Positions 63,325 through 64,000 of a stretch of 64,000 nt of DNA are shown piece after piece; position 1 is the first letter of the stretch; each line of letters starts with the position of its first letter. The notes under the pieces were generated by a model. That model was not told the DNA's origin. It searched no databases and worked only from the letters and a program-made list of their open reading frames with translations. Origin of the DNA: a virus. Where the stretch lies: positions 20,236 through 84,235 of IMG/VR virus record IMGVR_UViG_3300021197_001521; one strand, 5' to 3'. A program made the position numbers and the translations under genes.

Positions 63325-64000
63325 ATTTCGCATTTTCCTCCTGCGCAGGCGATCTCCTGCTCTGGTACTACGTTGTTAGTTTCCTCGATAACATTTGTAA
63401 AGTCAACATCTTTGTATTCACGATTCATGTCAACCCACTCTTTCCAATTGTATACATCTTTCATACAATAGGTCAACTGCCTTAAATCTCCATTGAAATA
63501 TTTACCCGCAAACTTTTCACAACGGTCTTTCCACTTTTTCTTTCCGTTACCTTTGATCTTTTCACCTACACCAAGCAAACTATCACATGCGGTCCATAGG
63601 TTATCTTCCCAAAGTGTAAGCGCAACTTCAATCAGACCGCTAACAAACAGCGATGCGTCACCGTAGTGTGCAACTTGTTCGCTTGGCAGGTATACTGTAG
63701 TGAATGGCGCTTGAGGATAATCCTTGTCTCCAGAAATAGGTAGCAAAGAAATACCGCAGAAATACTTTCTATTCTTATAGATATACTTTTCTACTTCTTG
63801 CCATTCGTCTGGCTTAACATTGATAGTATTACTTACATTATGAACAAGCCAAGGTTGTGTACATAGTTCTTTATTAGTACCGTTAATTACCCAGTTTTGC
63901 TGTGTAGACTTTACATAGTCCAGCAACTGAATAGCATCTACACCATTCTTAGTTTTACTTCCGTCTGGAACCTCTACGCAAAAACCAACAACATCATCGC
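63321..64000 (-). CDS. nrdJ: Ribonucleotide reductase, probably class II (B12-dependent), C-terminal part (5'-partial)
   Basis: Frame is open to the window end; HNVSNTI, GISLLP, YPQAPF, C-terminal redox tail ACAGGKCEI. Confidence 0.8.
   Translation of the reverse strand, partial: DDVVGFCVEVPDGSKTKNGVDAIQLLDYVKSTQQNWVINGTNKELCTQPWLVHNVSNTINVKPDEWQEVEKYIYKNRKYFCGISLLPISGDKDYPQAPFTTVYLPSEQVAHYGDASLFVSGLIEVALTLWEDNLWTACDSLLGVGEKIKGNGKKKWKDRCEKFAGKYFNGDLRQLTYCMKDVYNWKEWVDMNREYKDVDFTNVIEETNNVVPEQEIACAGGKCEI

Noticed and set aside
1-64000. Stop-codon reassignment, as seen in some large phages
   Set aside because: Genes tile densely under the standard code, and TAA, TAG and TGA all end genes at sensible positions.
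1-64000. tRNA, structured ncRNA, introns, IS elements or tandem DNA repeats
   Set aside because: Intergenic gaps are under ~70 nt and explained by promoters, RBSs or terminators. None was seen by eye; a covariance-model scan was not possible.

Overview
This 64 kb window is AT-rich and almost fully coding, and reads as part of a large (probably jumbo) dsDNA phage genome in the standard genetic code. Two Tat-signal DUF1501 genes point to a Planctomycetota/PVC-type host (inference). The + strand arm (1-23873) encodes very large putative virion proteins. The first is a 5'-truncated protein of >3,800 aa with seven dispersed FG-GAP repeats and strong Ser-Gly enrichment. The convergent - strand arm (64000-23932) encodes, in transcription order: NrdJ, dUTPase, PhoH, RecA, DnaB, primase, dNMP kinase, a Cas4/AddB-like nuclease, two DUF1501 proteins, a PAP2 phosphatase, a small glycan-tailoring cluster, a DnaE split into two genes with a DnaQ exonuclease gene between them, SSB, and a ~17 kb glycan-biosynthesis operon. 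That operon has about 10 glycosyltransferase-like genes plus a GT11-ColD-ColC/Fcl (colitose-type) module. The best candidate for an undescribed system is a phage-encoded glycosylation machinery that may decorate Ser-Gly sites of the neighbouring virion proteins; two of its enzymes share an unrecognised Cys4 N-terminal tag. No tRNA, rRNA or CRISPR array was seen. All family calls come from motif recognition by eye, not database searches.
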